Assembly: GCA_964187785.1 (NCBI GenBank)
Contig: OZ076409.1
Span: forward strand, 80,974,001 to 81,034,000
DNA length: 60,000 bases
Reading direction: 5' to 3'
DNA from: Amphiscolops sp. MND2022
Lineage: Eukaryota
Positions 26,397 to 39,564 of this stretch are shown piece after piece (the stretch's first letter is position 1; each line of letters starts with the position of its first letter). Position numbers and translations under genes: made by a program. The notes beneath the pieces were generated by a model that had not been told where the DNA came from, did no database searches, and saw nothing but the letters and a program-made list of their open reading frames with translations.

Positions 26397-27257
26397 CAAA
26401 ATTTTGGGACATGTTCACTACACGATTAATCTCATTCCAAGTGACAAAAGTAGAGCATTTCTTACAACTTATCAACTTGCAAAGCTGTCAACATTTTCTT
26501 GGTATTATAAGACTGTATTTAATCACTGGTATTTAATGGTAAGTGAATGGTACCGTAGTAGTAAAGTCGCCAAAAACAGAACTCATTTCGTTGTAGAAGA
26601 CAGAGACAGTTGTCATTCCACTGACTCAATTGTCAATCAGCTGGTAATCAACTGACTCATTGTACCCAGTTAGGTGAACTTGAACTTGATATTTTGACAA
26701 AAAAGGAAGAGACAAAACCAACGGGTAAATTTTCTTAGTTGAGAGTTTTTGTTGACAAAAAAGTAGTAGTGTAGACTGTTTTACAAAGCTGGCAATAATT
26801 GATAGTTGTTAATATAGATTCTGCGTGCTATTATAATGGGCTATTGTTTTGTTTCTCACCAAACAAACTAACTCTCATGTCAAAACTCACTTTTTACTTT
26901 TTTACTTCTTACTTTTTGCTGCTTCTTACTTTTTTAGTTCTCTTTTGAGCGAGCGCCTACCCTGGACGTTTTCAGCTTAGTGCACTATTCTGTAGACTGG
27001 TATGGGCAAATGTCTAGAGCGTCTTGGAACAATTGTTAAAGCCGGAAACGTTGTGTGATTTACGTGTTGAGTTCGTAAGGAGAATGACGTATCGTTTATT
27101 AATTGCCAAAAGGAAATTTTTATAGGTATTCGAATTAGTATAACGTTGCAGGAAGTTTCTGTAGTCGAACTAAATATTCATGTTTCTGAATTTCTGGACA
27201 AATCTTCTCTCATTTATTACGAAACAATAACGACAGAACAACCATCTTCCGCCGAAA

Positions 27258-27483
27258 TTATGAATAAACGGGTTTCCGATCCTGCTCAGCTTTTAAATCA
27301 CTTACCCATAGGTATTTGAGATGCTGTATGTGGCTATCCAGTGATCTGGCCTTCTCATTTAGTCTATCCAGTCTTCTCTCAACGTCTCCTAGTTTGTAAC
27401 TATTGACCGGTGGACTAGTTGGCTCTTCCACGTGCACTTTATGCAATTTGGACGAACCAGAGAAACTCTCGGATTGAGGTTCC
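27258..27483 (-). CDS. Predicted terminal coding exon of a host gene (coiled-coil-like VERRLDRLNEKARSLDSHIQHLKYLW)
   Basis: Acceptor TTTTACCTTTTAG at 27484; phase matches the donor of exon 32831-33735; stop at 27258-27260. Confidence 0.65.
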
Positions 27484-29790
27484 CTAAAAGGTAAAAAAAC
27501 GACGAATAATGAAGTAACAGTGTTTTTTTAACTCGCTTCAGTAGATGCGGAGCCAATGGGCCAAATGTGCATTTTAGAGAAAAAAGTCCGTTTTTTGACC
27601 AACAAAATTGAAACGAGATCTACAGAAAATCTACAGGCATTTGACCCGGATCCTAATTCCATGCATGGAGCCATGTGATCGGCAGAATGCCATGTGATTC
27701 CATGATGCATGGAATCATGACATTCTTCTTTCCATAAGTTTCTATTGGATCGCATAGAGAGAAAAGGCAAAATTCAAAAATTCTGAATACTTTGAAATTT
27801 CAAATTCTCTAAATTGACCGTGTCAGCAACAAAACAAGTAAGGATTCGATATGAGAGAATGTAGTGAAAATGCATGAAGAATACAAATGTTGGTCCTGTT
27901 AGTGATAGTTTTGAGTCGAACTACCATAGCGCCTCCAAATTGCCAACATAAGGATTGGACGTACAAGAAGCCCTGCGAACTTTCATGAAACTTGCGTTTC
28001 GAAAAAAATTCCGTCACTGTGAAATATGCCGTTAATATTCGGAAATTTTCGCAAAACTTCTGCAAAACGTTTTCTGAGTCAAATTAATGCTCCAATAAGG
28101 CATTAATCTTTTTGCCTCGAGAGTTATGGGAATCAAGGTCACAAAAAACGTTTGCTGTATCTGTTTCTCATATGTTTTGGGTGCATGCCAAGGTGGGCCC
28201 ATGAGCCTTGCGCGAAGCTCCTTTGTGTTGTAGGATCCGGGGAGAGACTTAATCAATAAAGCAGAAATATTAAAATCCGCGTTCTCTCAAATATACGAAA
28301 TTAGGCATTTAACGAAATGCAATTTCCGAAAAAAAACGAGAAACACTTTCGTGAAAAGTCCCGTCTTCATTTTGATTTTTTCTGTAGTTTTAGCAGAATG
28401 AAACTCTTTGATCTGAAGTTTTTTCTTGGTGACTTGAAAGTTTTTTTTTCAATTATTTGCTTTTTATCTCACTGATGAATTTACTGAATTTTTAAAGCAA
28501 TTTTGGACTTCGCCACTCCATGATGAAATGGATTCAAATATTTCAAGGTTAGATTCCAGATTCATCTATGCGTTAGACTTAATTGACGTTTACCCAACTG
28601 TTAGTTACCATGAATGCATTTTGTTTCCTAAAATATTGTCTTGAAATTTGATGAGTACTTCAGTACTGAATTTTTGAAAATAACCATGAGCATCGATTAA
28701 CTTTACAAGGACACTTTGAGTGCCTGGGGAAAAAGTAACCTAAGAGAACGGCCCCCTTTTTAGACAGATTAGATACCCTCTCATGGGCGAGTCAGAAGAC
28801 TATCTCAAATCCTTGGAAAAGTCCCCCTGTGGAATTGATTAGAACGTTCAAGACAGTTCGTGTTTTATAATGTTAATCTTGGTGATAGTTGATGTAGATT
28901 TTTATTAAATCCCAAACAATTTCCACAGTGTGATGCAGTTTCCAAAAATTTGATGATTTTTTTGGTGAATTCGCTTCTGCTGAACTTTAAAAATTGAGTT
29001 AATCTTCTCACAATCCCTTTGAAATACCATTTGAAGCAACAAAGAAACAATTATTTAGAAACAAACGAAAATCATTCACATTCGAAATGTGGAACTTATG
29101 GAAATACACTATTGTTCACTAAAGCTGTTGACAAGTTTCAAACGAATGAAGTAACAACTGACTGGTTGTTGAGATTGCATTTGTCAATCGCTTTAGTGAA
29201 CAATAGTGTAATATTCCAAACAAAAGATGGATTTTTGTCACGGCTGGCTTTATTCAACTTCCAAAATTATAATCCTCTTCTTTGCTCGTCCCTTCCGGAT
29301 TTGAAACATGTAAAGTTCTAACAGCCAAAAAGTCTAGAGAACTGATTGCTTTGACTTGAAAACGTTATTTCAAGCCATGACAGTAATCGTCCTTAATGTA
29401 ATTTAGCGAGTGTCAATCGTATTTTTTGAATTCCGTTTTTCATTTGTAAGTTTACTGAAATCAGAGCTGCAATAAACTTAGTTTTTTATTTAATATTATA
29501 AAAATTAGCTGGTTTTATAACCAGATAAATAACTCATGCTATAATACTTTTTTGATGCACTTGACATAAGTTCTAATAAAACCGCAATTTCCTGGAATGA
29601 CTTGAACGAAATGCATGGGTGACATTGTTTTGTGCCTGATTTCTTGATATATGAACATTATCATTTGAATTTCAATGAAAGAGCCAATTTTGAGACTAAT
29701 ATTCATTCAGTTTTCATAAAAATGCAAAAATATGACAGTCATTGTTCTTCAAGTTTAAACCAACCCAAAGTACTCATTGTGGAAAAAACA

Positions 29791-29875
29791 TTGAGGTTAC
29801 TTAACTATCATATTCAGAATTTGATGATTCATCTTTTCAATATGTATTATTTAGCGCTTTTACCGCGTTTAATTT
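29791..29875. repeat. 85-bp inverted repeat arm; partner at 32500-32584
   Basis: TTGAG.TTACTTAACTATCATATT.AGAATT.GATGATTCATCTTTTCAAT...CTTTTACCGCGTTTAATTT on opposite strands. Confidence 0.8.
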
Positions 29876-30002
29876 AACAGTTCTTTAAATTTCTTCAAAA
29901 ACATCAGTACCAAGTATGATGTCGACTGGTTGGGGATGTTGAAAATCAGGATCAGCTTAAGCGTTCAAGAGTTTTGGGTGCTGCAAGGTTTTGCTGAGTA
30001 CG

Positions 30003-31503
30003 TTAGTGGTAAGTTGCTTCAGTACTTACGCAGAAACTCGAATATTTCTTTTGGAACGGAAAGATCAATACGATGTTAGCGAGGCCTGCTCTGACATCGT
30101 TCGACTGTCCACCAATACCACTGAGACTCAAGTGTTTCTCTGTTGTATTCAAATTGAGTCTCCTAGCCAAAGCTTGCGTGATGAAGCTCAATTGCCAACC
30201 ATTATCTAATAGAGCTCGACATGGGATGAGTTGATTTTCTGAATCAAAGACCGAAACAATAGCTGTAGGAAGCAAAAAACTGCAATTTTTGTTGTCTTTA
30301 ACAATTCCGTCTATTTCGTGATGGAGACTGTCACCGCTGAATGTACTGGACGTATGCTCCTCCCGATTTAGCAAAGAGTGAAGTTTCCTCTTGCACTTCT
30401 GACAAGGTAATTAAGAAGTCTTTATTTCTTGACCTTTCTTCAGACAATTGAAACATAATCTCAACTGTTAGGCCTTATCGTATTTTGGAAGAATATTGCA
30501 ATTGGAAGAGTGAGGAACTTGGGACAAGTGTAAATTTGATGAAATTGTTTGCAAAAAGAATACATCAAATGAATTTGATTGATAGCTTTGGTAGTGTTCT
30601 GATTTGTCTTTAATACTATCAACATTTTTGATGCCAATGGTTTCTCCTTTCATTTCAGGTTGTCGAGACGATGCCTCTAACGCTCTAGCTCTTCGTTCAC
30701 GGAACTGTCTCAGAAAATCCATAGTCTTTATTCTACCGTCTACATTTGTCAATTGCCATTCCTTCGCAGTTTCGCAGTCAAGTTTCTCTGACAAAATATG
30801 CACTCAATTGATATCGCGGGCTTTTGTGTCAATTCCTAAAACACTCAAGGCCATTTCACTCTCTTTGAAAGTCCCTATAAGTTTTCGAAGACTATCTGGG
30901 TTGTCTTTCCTCATAGGCTCAATCTTCATGATATTGGTTAAATGTGCCTTCGTTTTCAGAAGCTTGTTATCATATCGATCTTGAAGCAACTTGACCGCAG
31001 CGTCGTAAGTTGCTTCCGTGGTAGGCAAGTGTAACAAAACGCGGTTGACGTCACCTTTCTGCATTTTGGGCAGCGTTGGATGATCATGGACTGTACTGAC
31101 CACCATAGGTAAGTAACTCAATTCTGGGCAATCGAACGTTGTTCTCTCGGTGCATAGAACCGTCATCATCATCGTTACTGTCGGCAAGACCGGTTAGCCA
31201 CTTTTTCATCTGCTTCATCAGACTTTTCAGGCTTACATCATTTTCATCCTGCGTGAATATTTCAGCCTCCATGGCTTCGTTTGTGCTTCTGGTACCTCTT
31301 AAAATTTCCAATTGCAACTGATCAAGAATCTTAGCGTTTTCCTCTAGCAATTCAAGCAGGGTTTCAACAGTTAATTTATGTTCAGAGGTTATTTGATCAA
31401 CTAGTTTGGTCCTGATGTTTTCGAATTCACTATTCTTTCGGGTTATTTTACACATACGAGCCTTTCGGGAAGCTTTTGACCTTCTAAAACCAGTTTCAGA
31501 CAA
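30003..31503 (-). pseudogene. Decayed BEL/Pao LTR retrotransposon gag-protease fragment
   Basis: VRLPRIELLTYGGQY and YDAAVKLLQDRYDN (DUF1759-like Gag); LLPTAIV...CRALLDNGWQLSFIT (Pao-type aspartic protease); split over four ORFs. Confidence 0.85.
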
Positions 31504-32830
31504 TTTTAGCGCTAGTTAGAACAATTATACTTCGGCCGTTACGTAAGTGGACTGTGTGTTCAGCCCATTTCAGGCAGGACACTCTACAATTACCAAGATA
31601 AGAAAGTGAAGTGAATGTGTCGCAAAGTATTGAACGCAGCCCCTTTCAGACAGGTTATCTATAACTACAAGAGATTTGGCAAGATAATACCTTGGAGCTC
31701 AAATGGATATATCGAAGACTCTTTTTTGGTTGAGGTAACTTTCTTTTTAGGATTTTTCGAACACTTCTTCTTAAAGATTTTTTTCGTTGAGAAGTTTGTG
31801 AACCTTTGCAATTTCCTTGTTTTCAAGATGACAAAGATGTTTCGATATGTGCTTTAAATCATAAAGATGATGCGAAACACCAACAAAAATAATATTTGAG
31901 CAAAGTTGCCCACAGTGTGAATTTAATTCTGCGTTCAATTGGAGCACCTTACTCTGCAGTTCACAAGTACCTTGTGGTGGCACACCAATAACGAAAACTT
32001 TCTTGTGCGTGAAATCAAGGCATGAGCAAAATCACAAATTTCAATTGCTACTTGGGAATGTTCTTCTGCGGATCGAAAACTACCATCTTCGAAACAAAAT
32101 TCTATAAGGCGTATTCTCCAGCAAATCAAACAAATAATTTTTCGAACTTGTTTGGAGTTGCTGGAAAATCCCAAAGATCTCTGTGGCGTGCTCCAGGAAC
32201 AGACAAAACGTCAAATGATGTAGTTCTAAACTTTTTCAGTAGGGAATCTGACAACATGAGGTTTACTGAATTGTTTTTCTAAAGCAGACTTCGTTTCATG
32301 TAGTTTCCAGTTAATCTTTTCCAAGAGATAAATTAAAACGGTCTGGTAAAACACCAGGTAAATCACGTCGAAGTCACCAGATGCTAAACCAACTTGGGAA
32401 TGATGTAGCACGGACAGCTGTACTTTGGTTGCTATAGCCTGGATAGCAAAAACTTTCAAAAAGGAATACTGACTTTCAATTTAGACGACAAAACAATGAA
32501 AATTAAACGCGGTAAAAGTGCTGAATAACACACATTGAAAAGATGAATCATCGAATTCTCAATATGATAGTTAAGTAATCTCAACAGTACACACTGTGGA
32601 AAAAATATGCATTGCCGAGTTGAAGTGGCAATGAAATGTGTCGAACCCAAATGCCATGCATTTACTTAGATGGTTAGAGAATGGCTCTACGGTGTCTTCG
32701 GAGTCGAAGCCGTCCACCCAGCTACAAATATATTCGGCGTGATTCTAGCTACCATTCCTAATCTAGCTAAGACGATCCCTTCGAAAGTCTTTCAAGAAAT
32801 ACAGAATGAATGTTACACGTTGACACTTAC

Positions 32831-33735
32831 CTGTGTGATCTAAAGGTTGATATGGGACTTGGTGGTCGGATTGTCGTGCGAAGAGTAGAAGGCCTTGACA
32901 TTGACAACAGAGCTGCTTTTTGCAAGCGCAGGGGACTAATGTATCGACCAGGTTTCCTTCTGATGAAATCTACCTGCCGATCAAAAATTTCCCTCTCGAT
33001 CTCCCAAACATCTAGGTACCTCTGGAAGCTGTAGTAGCTAAAGGGGTACCAGGGAGGGAAATCCGGATATTTAAATGATTCCTCTGTACCGGATTCTTCA
33101 TTCCTATGTTCTGATCTTTCAGAAGTTTCATTGACTGGCTCACCTATCTCCAATTTTTTGTGCGTGATCTCTGCGTCGTAAGTTGGTGCTTGAGGTTTTC
33201 GTGGTGCCTTTTTAGGAGCAAGGCTCTTAATGTAACTCTCCCGGAACATATTTGAATAATCGTAAGTCTTATACTTTTCTTTCTGATCCAGATAGAATTC
33301 TTGCTCTAAGATATCGGTTGTTATGGGCGGGGTCAAATGTATCCGATACTTATTGATGAAAAGCTGATTGTCATACTGAAGGGCCGACCTTTCATAACAC
33401 CCAACGTAATTAGGTTTATCTTCATCCTTTCCACAGCTCATAGGATTGTCAATGTTTCCAGAATTGTTAGCAGCCTCTTGGTTTTCATTATTAGTGCATC
33501 CGTTATTCTGATTTTCTTCTGTTTCAAGAGAACCCTCGTCAAAACTCTCCATTTTTTGTTTGAATGAGTCTGGTCCTCTATCCGTGCATTTCCTCTGGGC
33601 TGTCATGTGGTCATCAGACTGATCGTCAAAAGTCACGTGGTGTTTATTAGTCTTCTTGGGGTGCCTCTTTCCTTTTGGGGTACCACTCGGCTGGGGTTCC
33701 ACTTTTACTCCGAAGTTGGCCCGTGATTCATCTTC
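32831..33735 (-). CDS. Predicted large internal coding exon (905 nt) of a host gene of unknown function
   Basis: Acceptor TGTGTTTAG at 33736, donor AG|GTAAGT at 32830; open throughout in the frame of ORF 32827-33702; splices in frame to 27483. Confidence 0.65.
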
Positions 33736-36700
33736 CTAAACACATGCACATAATTTCATCTTAAAATGAAAACAAAATTTCTATAGTGAAATTAGATAGA
33801 TAATTCTTGTACTGTAAAATATTACTGTTTGATGCTTTATGTATCAAAAAAGAAAGCTGTTTAATTTTTTTTACTTGAATGAAGCATCAAAGATGTATGT
33901 ATCACATAATGTTATAACATTATATCCACAATGAATCAAGACTTCACCAAAGATTTAGATTAATAGGTCCATCGACCCCCCCCCCCCCATTCGGAACTTC
34001 TATTGGGAGAAACTGACCTCGACTGTATTCAGTAGTTTTATTATTTTCTAATTAACTGAATAATCTCGGATGTTACCACTGTACAAGTATTCTCGGTTGC
34101 TCATTTCGCTTTTAACAGTTATAGATCATTATCGCTTTGTTAGTGATACAAACTGAATTTTCACTGATAAATTAGTCATATATGTTATTGGAGTATGTTT
34201 TTGATTTACCGTTTTCGATTATTTAATCCACTTTAATTTTGTTTCGCTATTATCTAGGAGATTCTTATCTGTTCCTGCTTTTTTTCTCGCGATTTTGAGT
34301 TTATTTGCATTAGCGTTTCTGATTGTTCTGCCATTGATTTTCCGTACGCTAGATCCAGTTAGGCATTTTGTGTCAGTGGAAATGTAACTTATTCTGCATA
34401 ATAATTTTGAGTTTATACAACAATATAGTTTCAATACAAAAATCTTTTTTTTTCGCGTTCAAAAACTTGTGGAAGTAGTTTTGGAGCTTCGACTGATTGG
34501 TTTTGTCAAAATTGTACATATCTCCCCGAATGTGTTGTTGTCGGTTTCATGTTTTTGCCTGATTGTTTCTAACGGAGTGCTGGTGTTATCTGTGCAGTGG
34601 TTGTTACAATGTTATTTATGTCCCGATACAGTCAGTTTTCACCGGAGAATATTCTCCGTTTCATTCGTGTTTTTCAGTGCTTCCAGGTGTAAAAAAAAGC
34701 CTTCGATTTCTTTGATTTGTTTCTCATTTTTTCCACTTTCGTCTTCCAACTATTTTGTTCATTTGAAGAAAAAAATTGGAATTCCTTTTAGCTTACTTGG
34801 CAACTGGCATTTGTAGAAGTACAAATTCAAAGTAAACAGTCATCGTTTTCTTGGGAAATATGTAGAATAATGCTCAATTCGTAATTTTCGCTTTTGAATG
34901 AGTTGTTTTGCCTTTTTTCCACCAGTTGCAGTTGCAAACGCACACTGACTACGTGTTACTTCAGATAACATCTTTCATCCATGTGAATGTTTCGAGGTTT
35001 CTTTCTTCAGTTTCTGGTATTTGGTTTGTATTTCCTGCTTGTTCAGCTTTTGTGGTGGTCTGACTTTCATGGCATGCAATTATCACAGTTTTACACCGTT
35101 TCCGCGTTGAGTGAAGCATATCAGATTTTAAGTGAATCGTCTCGGCTTTCGTTCCAAATTTTCAGCCAATCACCGGCCACCAAACTAAAAGTGCTTTACA
35201 ATCAGAATTCAAGTGAACTATATCAGCTTCCAAGTGAGTTAGCGAATAAGAATCACCAACGACGCTTTCAAATTTAACAAACGCTGACCAAAGAGTGCTG
35301 TACATGTACACAAAATCGTATGCGGCATTCGCTTACACTTTCATTCAAGCTGCGATTTCGTTCACATTATTTGAGATTTGCTGTAGCAAGCTAATCAATT
35401 TCTATTGGTTGTTCATTTAACATCTGATGTGCTTCATTTAACGTGGAAACGGTGTACTTTCTTTGACGATTATGACAATTAAGAATTCGAGTTGGTTCTG
35501 CTTTAAATTTGTTTTGCATTATTACCGTTCGGCTGCATAACCTACCTCAAAAGAGCAATTAGCAACTTCTCATTCAAAGAGTTTCTCCGACTTTAGTAAC
35601 TAAACAAGTTATTCAATGAATGAAATTTTCCAACCTCTACGCAGCGGAGAAAAAGCAGGTAGATAAAAGGCCATTAGAAACTGTTCAAAAAGTACTCATT
35701 AACGACTTCCGAGTTACAATGTTATAAGAACAAGCCTTAGTTCTTTGTGACAAGGGATTATATTAAAAATTGCCTTAAACCATGAATCAACCGGAAATAT
35801 GTTGACAAAAGTAAATTCTCAAGCTGTATCCATCTACTGAAGACTAACGATTCGCTTCGTTTTCGCCTAAGAACATCATTTTGACTCCTGGAATAATTGA
35901 ATGGCGTCTCTTAACTAATTTTCGGAAGATTGATTTGTATGCATCTTTTCAACGCATCACTGAAATCGCTTTAGAAAAACACAAAAACAGCAGTAAGCAC
36001 AGCAACGCTTTTCCTGAGTTCATTAAAGCAAAAACAATTGGATTGCGTTAAATAAAAACTTCCTCTTTGGCTAATACCTTTTTTCTTTTTCTGTGCTTTT
36101 GAAAAGGCTTCAAGCATTTTGGTTTTCCGCCAAATACGATTACTTAAATGTATCAAACCAACCCCAACGAGAAATTACCAGAATGGTGAGATGCTTTTCT
36201 GCCGCCGAAATTGTTTTTATGATTACTAAATTTTGCCGAAAAAAGACGAGCCGTACTGTCTAAACCGGTGGTTGAGGAAGAAAAAAACGGTTAAATTGTC
36301 AGAATTTCAATTGCTTTCTTAGCTTCAAATGCCAGCCGCAGCAATTCATGTTTAACTGGAGTCCAAGTTCCAAAATAAAGAGCTGGAGTTCCTTACTTAT
36401 ATATTTGGCATAAGTTAGAGCCATCATTGGAATTATGGCAGATGTTTCAGCAGATTATTACAAGAGTATTTCCTTGTTACCTGTTACTAATTTGTTACTT
36501 TTATCAAAAAATGTCTGAGCTATTGAAAGAAATACTTAAGAAATGCTCTCGCGGCAAAATCGTAATTGTAAATGACTCTAACTTGTGGAACCTAATTTGA
36601 TAAAATTAATTGCGAAGAAACATTATTCAGGATTGCGAAAAGTCCCCATGTTGAGCTCTCCTGCAGAATCTGTACAGATCTCTGAGCCTTGTATATCTAA

Positions 36701-37881
36701 AAAAATTGTGCCACTGCATCGGCAGATGTTCAAAGATTTTCTGTGCAGATTTTTAGGGATTTTTTTGAGAGATTCTACAGGATCATTGTACTGCTTGTTG
36801 GGCTTCTTCTACTACTTTACCAAGTATTTTAGCTGACCAAGGCTTAGTCAGTTGAAACTCTCAATAAACAAACTTCTCGAGCAGGAAAGCTTGTCCCCAT
36901 CACGGTAATTTTGGCGACTGGAAAATGTGCGGTATTGGTTATACACGGTAATTCACCCATTTCACTTGAACTTTCCAGAAGTGGTTTTTCAACTTTCAGA
37001 GGCTCGTTTACCATATTGACTTCGTTTTGGCGGATGCAATTAGACACGTGGCAACCGTCTGGGTTGGTAGAGGTGTTGATAAAGTGGTGTTGTTGTAATG
37101 TTTCGGTAACATCGTTTGCTGAAGTAGTTTCAGTAATTGCTAGTAACTCGGAATAAAGTTTAGTAATTTATTGGTCATTTTCGTACAGTTAGTTTTTAAC
37201 AAATCCTTGAATATCTGTCAGGATCTTTACATATCTGTACAGAGTCACAGAGAGTGCTCAACAAGGGTCTCTACCTTCTCGACTGTTGCCGCTTCTACGT
37301 GAAACGATTTCGTTTTTGCTCGTGACGTTAAGTATTACAATAATTGTTATTTTCATTGCAAACTAGTGAGTCTTTTTGGGAATAGCGTTTGTTCAGAAAT
37401 TCATCAAGTTCCCCAAAAGTTATTCCTTCAAAAAATGTTACTAGATACAGCATTTTATGTTCTTTTATATGGAAGATTCGTAAACCGCGATGTGAAAACC
37501 CTAGGTTACAAGAATCACAAATCTTGCAAATTCTTTCGAAATTCTTGTCAACTTTGCATTTCTTACAAGAATCTTACAAGTTTGTACAAGAATCGCAAAT
37601 TTTGCAAATTTGTTACAATGTCGATCATTTCTTACAAGATTCTGATAACATTTTTTGCAAAAAATGGATTTTTTTCGCAAGAAATCCTTACAAAAAATGT
37701 GACGTGTTAATTCAAGAATTCAAATTTCAAAAATCATCAAACTACCAGCAACAACAGCCACGGTTGCCATTTACATTGCACAAACTGTCTTAGGATCCCA
37801 GCAAAAGGGTCCAAATTGTTAATTTTGAGCAAGAAGCATTTACATGCAATTTTACCACAAAAATTATTATTATGTATTCCA

Positions 37882-38243
37882 GATATGAAACTCCGGACAA
37901 AAATTCCGAGAACTCTTCAGCTAATGATGAAAGGAATATGAACATGGTACCAAATGAAAATACAACTCGAGGGCTTTCTAACAGTTTTAACCCAAACCTG
38001 CTGTCAGCTGCTGTGATGGAGAAAATCAGTAAAAATACTACAAAACCACCTGTGCAATGTCATATTGAAAACTATAAAAACCCTGAAAATTCTAGCAAAA
38101 TTCAACCATCGGATTCATTTCTTCCCCAGCCCATTTCAACTAGTCAGGAGACTGCTGAGAATGGAGGAGATTGCTCTCTTAGAGGCAATGATACCTCGTA
38201 TGGCTGTAATGTTGTAAGCAAAGGCTTTACAGCAATAACATAA
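37882..38243 (+). CDS. Possible coding exon (S/N/T-rich), gene context unresolved
   Basis: 123-aa ORF preceded by an acceptor-like TATTCCAG; no recognisable domain. Confidence 0.25.
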
Positions 38244-38552
38244 CAAACAATGCTCATAAGGCATTCCGATAATTTAAGATCTAGATGCTCTAGATATAGC
38301 GAGGTTGTTCCTCTAGAGTAGCTAAGCTTTAATATGGCCAATTGTATCATTTTTCGCGTACAGATCGTTTTCTTTTGCAGCCGTTCAATTTTTTTGAGGC
38401 AGGAAATGAAAAAAATGTCAGATTCATGCATTTTTTGTAACATTCTGAGCAGAAAAATGCGAATCTTGCAAGATTTTTGCAAGAGTTAGATTCTAAAAAT
38501 GCTAGAAAAAAATTCTAAAAATTTTTGTATCTTAGGGAATATATTTGACAGC

Positions 38553-38738
38553 GCAAATGGCTGCGGCTAAACATGTATAGCTAGCTAAAGTGTGAACGAA
38601 AATTCAACGAATTTTTACGATCGTGTTGAATTGTATCTGAAGTTTCAAGCCGATCGCCAATAGAAGGGAATGAAAATGAACCAAAACCGCTGCTAACTGT
38701 AGCTTGATCAAAATACATGATTAGCCGCAGCCATTTGC
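38553..38738. mobile_element. MITE-like element with ~25-bp terminal inverted repeats
   Basis: GCAAATGGCTGCGGCTAA.CATGTA ... TACATG.TTAGCCGCAGCCATTTGC. Confidence 0.65.
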
Positions 38739-38750
38739 TTGTTGTTCCAT

Positions 38751-38884
38751 TTGCACCAGTAAAATTGCTTGTTGTTCATTTTGTATTCATACTTTTGCAA
38801 AACTCGGTGAGGTTCCTAGGAACCTCACCGAGTTTTGCAAAAGTATGAATACAAAATGAACAACAAGCATTTTTACTGGTTCAA
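38751..38884. repeat. 134-bp palindrome (perfect 104-bp core 38766-38869, centre CCT|AGG)
   Basis: Read directly; two mismatched pairs in the outer arms. Confidence 0.92.
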
Positions 38885-39564
38885 GTTGATCGTGTACGAC
38901 TCACTGAACAGAAAGACAGACGCGTCCAGGAGAAAATTGACTATCTTTGAGAAATCATTTGCAACAATTAGTTCAACTCCACTGGCCTGAAAATTAATTG
39001 TTTCTCTCAAGGCCTGTATTTTATACCCACATCGGTCTTTACCTAGCTGAGAAAAGGGATAATTCAAAGTGTAGGAAATTCTTAGTCTGTTTACTGTTCC
39101 AAAACCATGATGCAAAGTTGTCAAAACTGGTATAAATTAACCTTACAGTATGAACCCTACAGGAGAGTTCTACTGCAGTAATTTTGAAACCACTGAGGCG
39201 TTACTAGTTGGTTCTTTAGCCCTCATGAAGTCAAAAGATAGACCGAACACGAAAAAATGGAAAAAAATGGAGCTGGATAAATGATATTGCGTGTTGAAAT
39301 TTACATTTCTCAATCGAGTTCTTATTAGCTTCCCGAAATTCTGACAAAAATCAGCTTCCATTCTACTAAGTTTCATTTTTTTCATGTTTGTTTTCATTCT
39401 GCTAAGTTCCATGTGTCATCCTATCCGTGAAGGATGAAATAAACCATCTTAGTTTAGAAAACTTCAAGAAACTATAAAATTTATTATTGATATTGAAACA
39501 TTGAGTGTATTCTATTACGTTAACAATAAAAGGGACGCTTTTTGTTCTTTTTAATCGACATATG

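Noticed and set aside
34219..35280. Further exons or a TE relic on the minus strand
   Set aside because: Coding-like stretches contain stops and I could not build a phase-consistent model or recognise a family.
37490..38490. TTGCAAGAATC-like degenerate repeats as a foldback element
   Set aside because: Too degenerate to define ends or TSD by eye.
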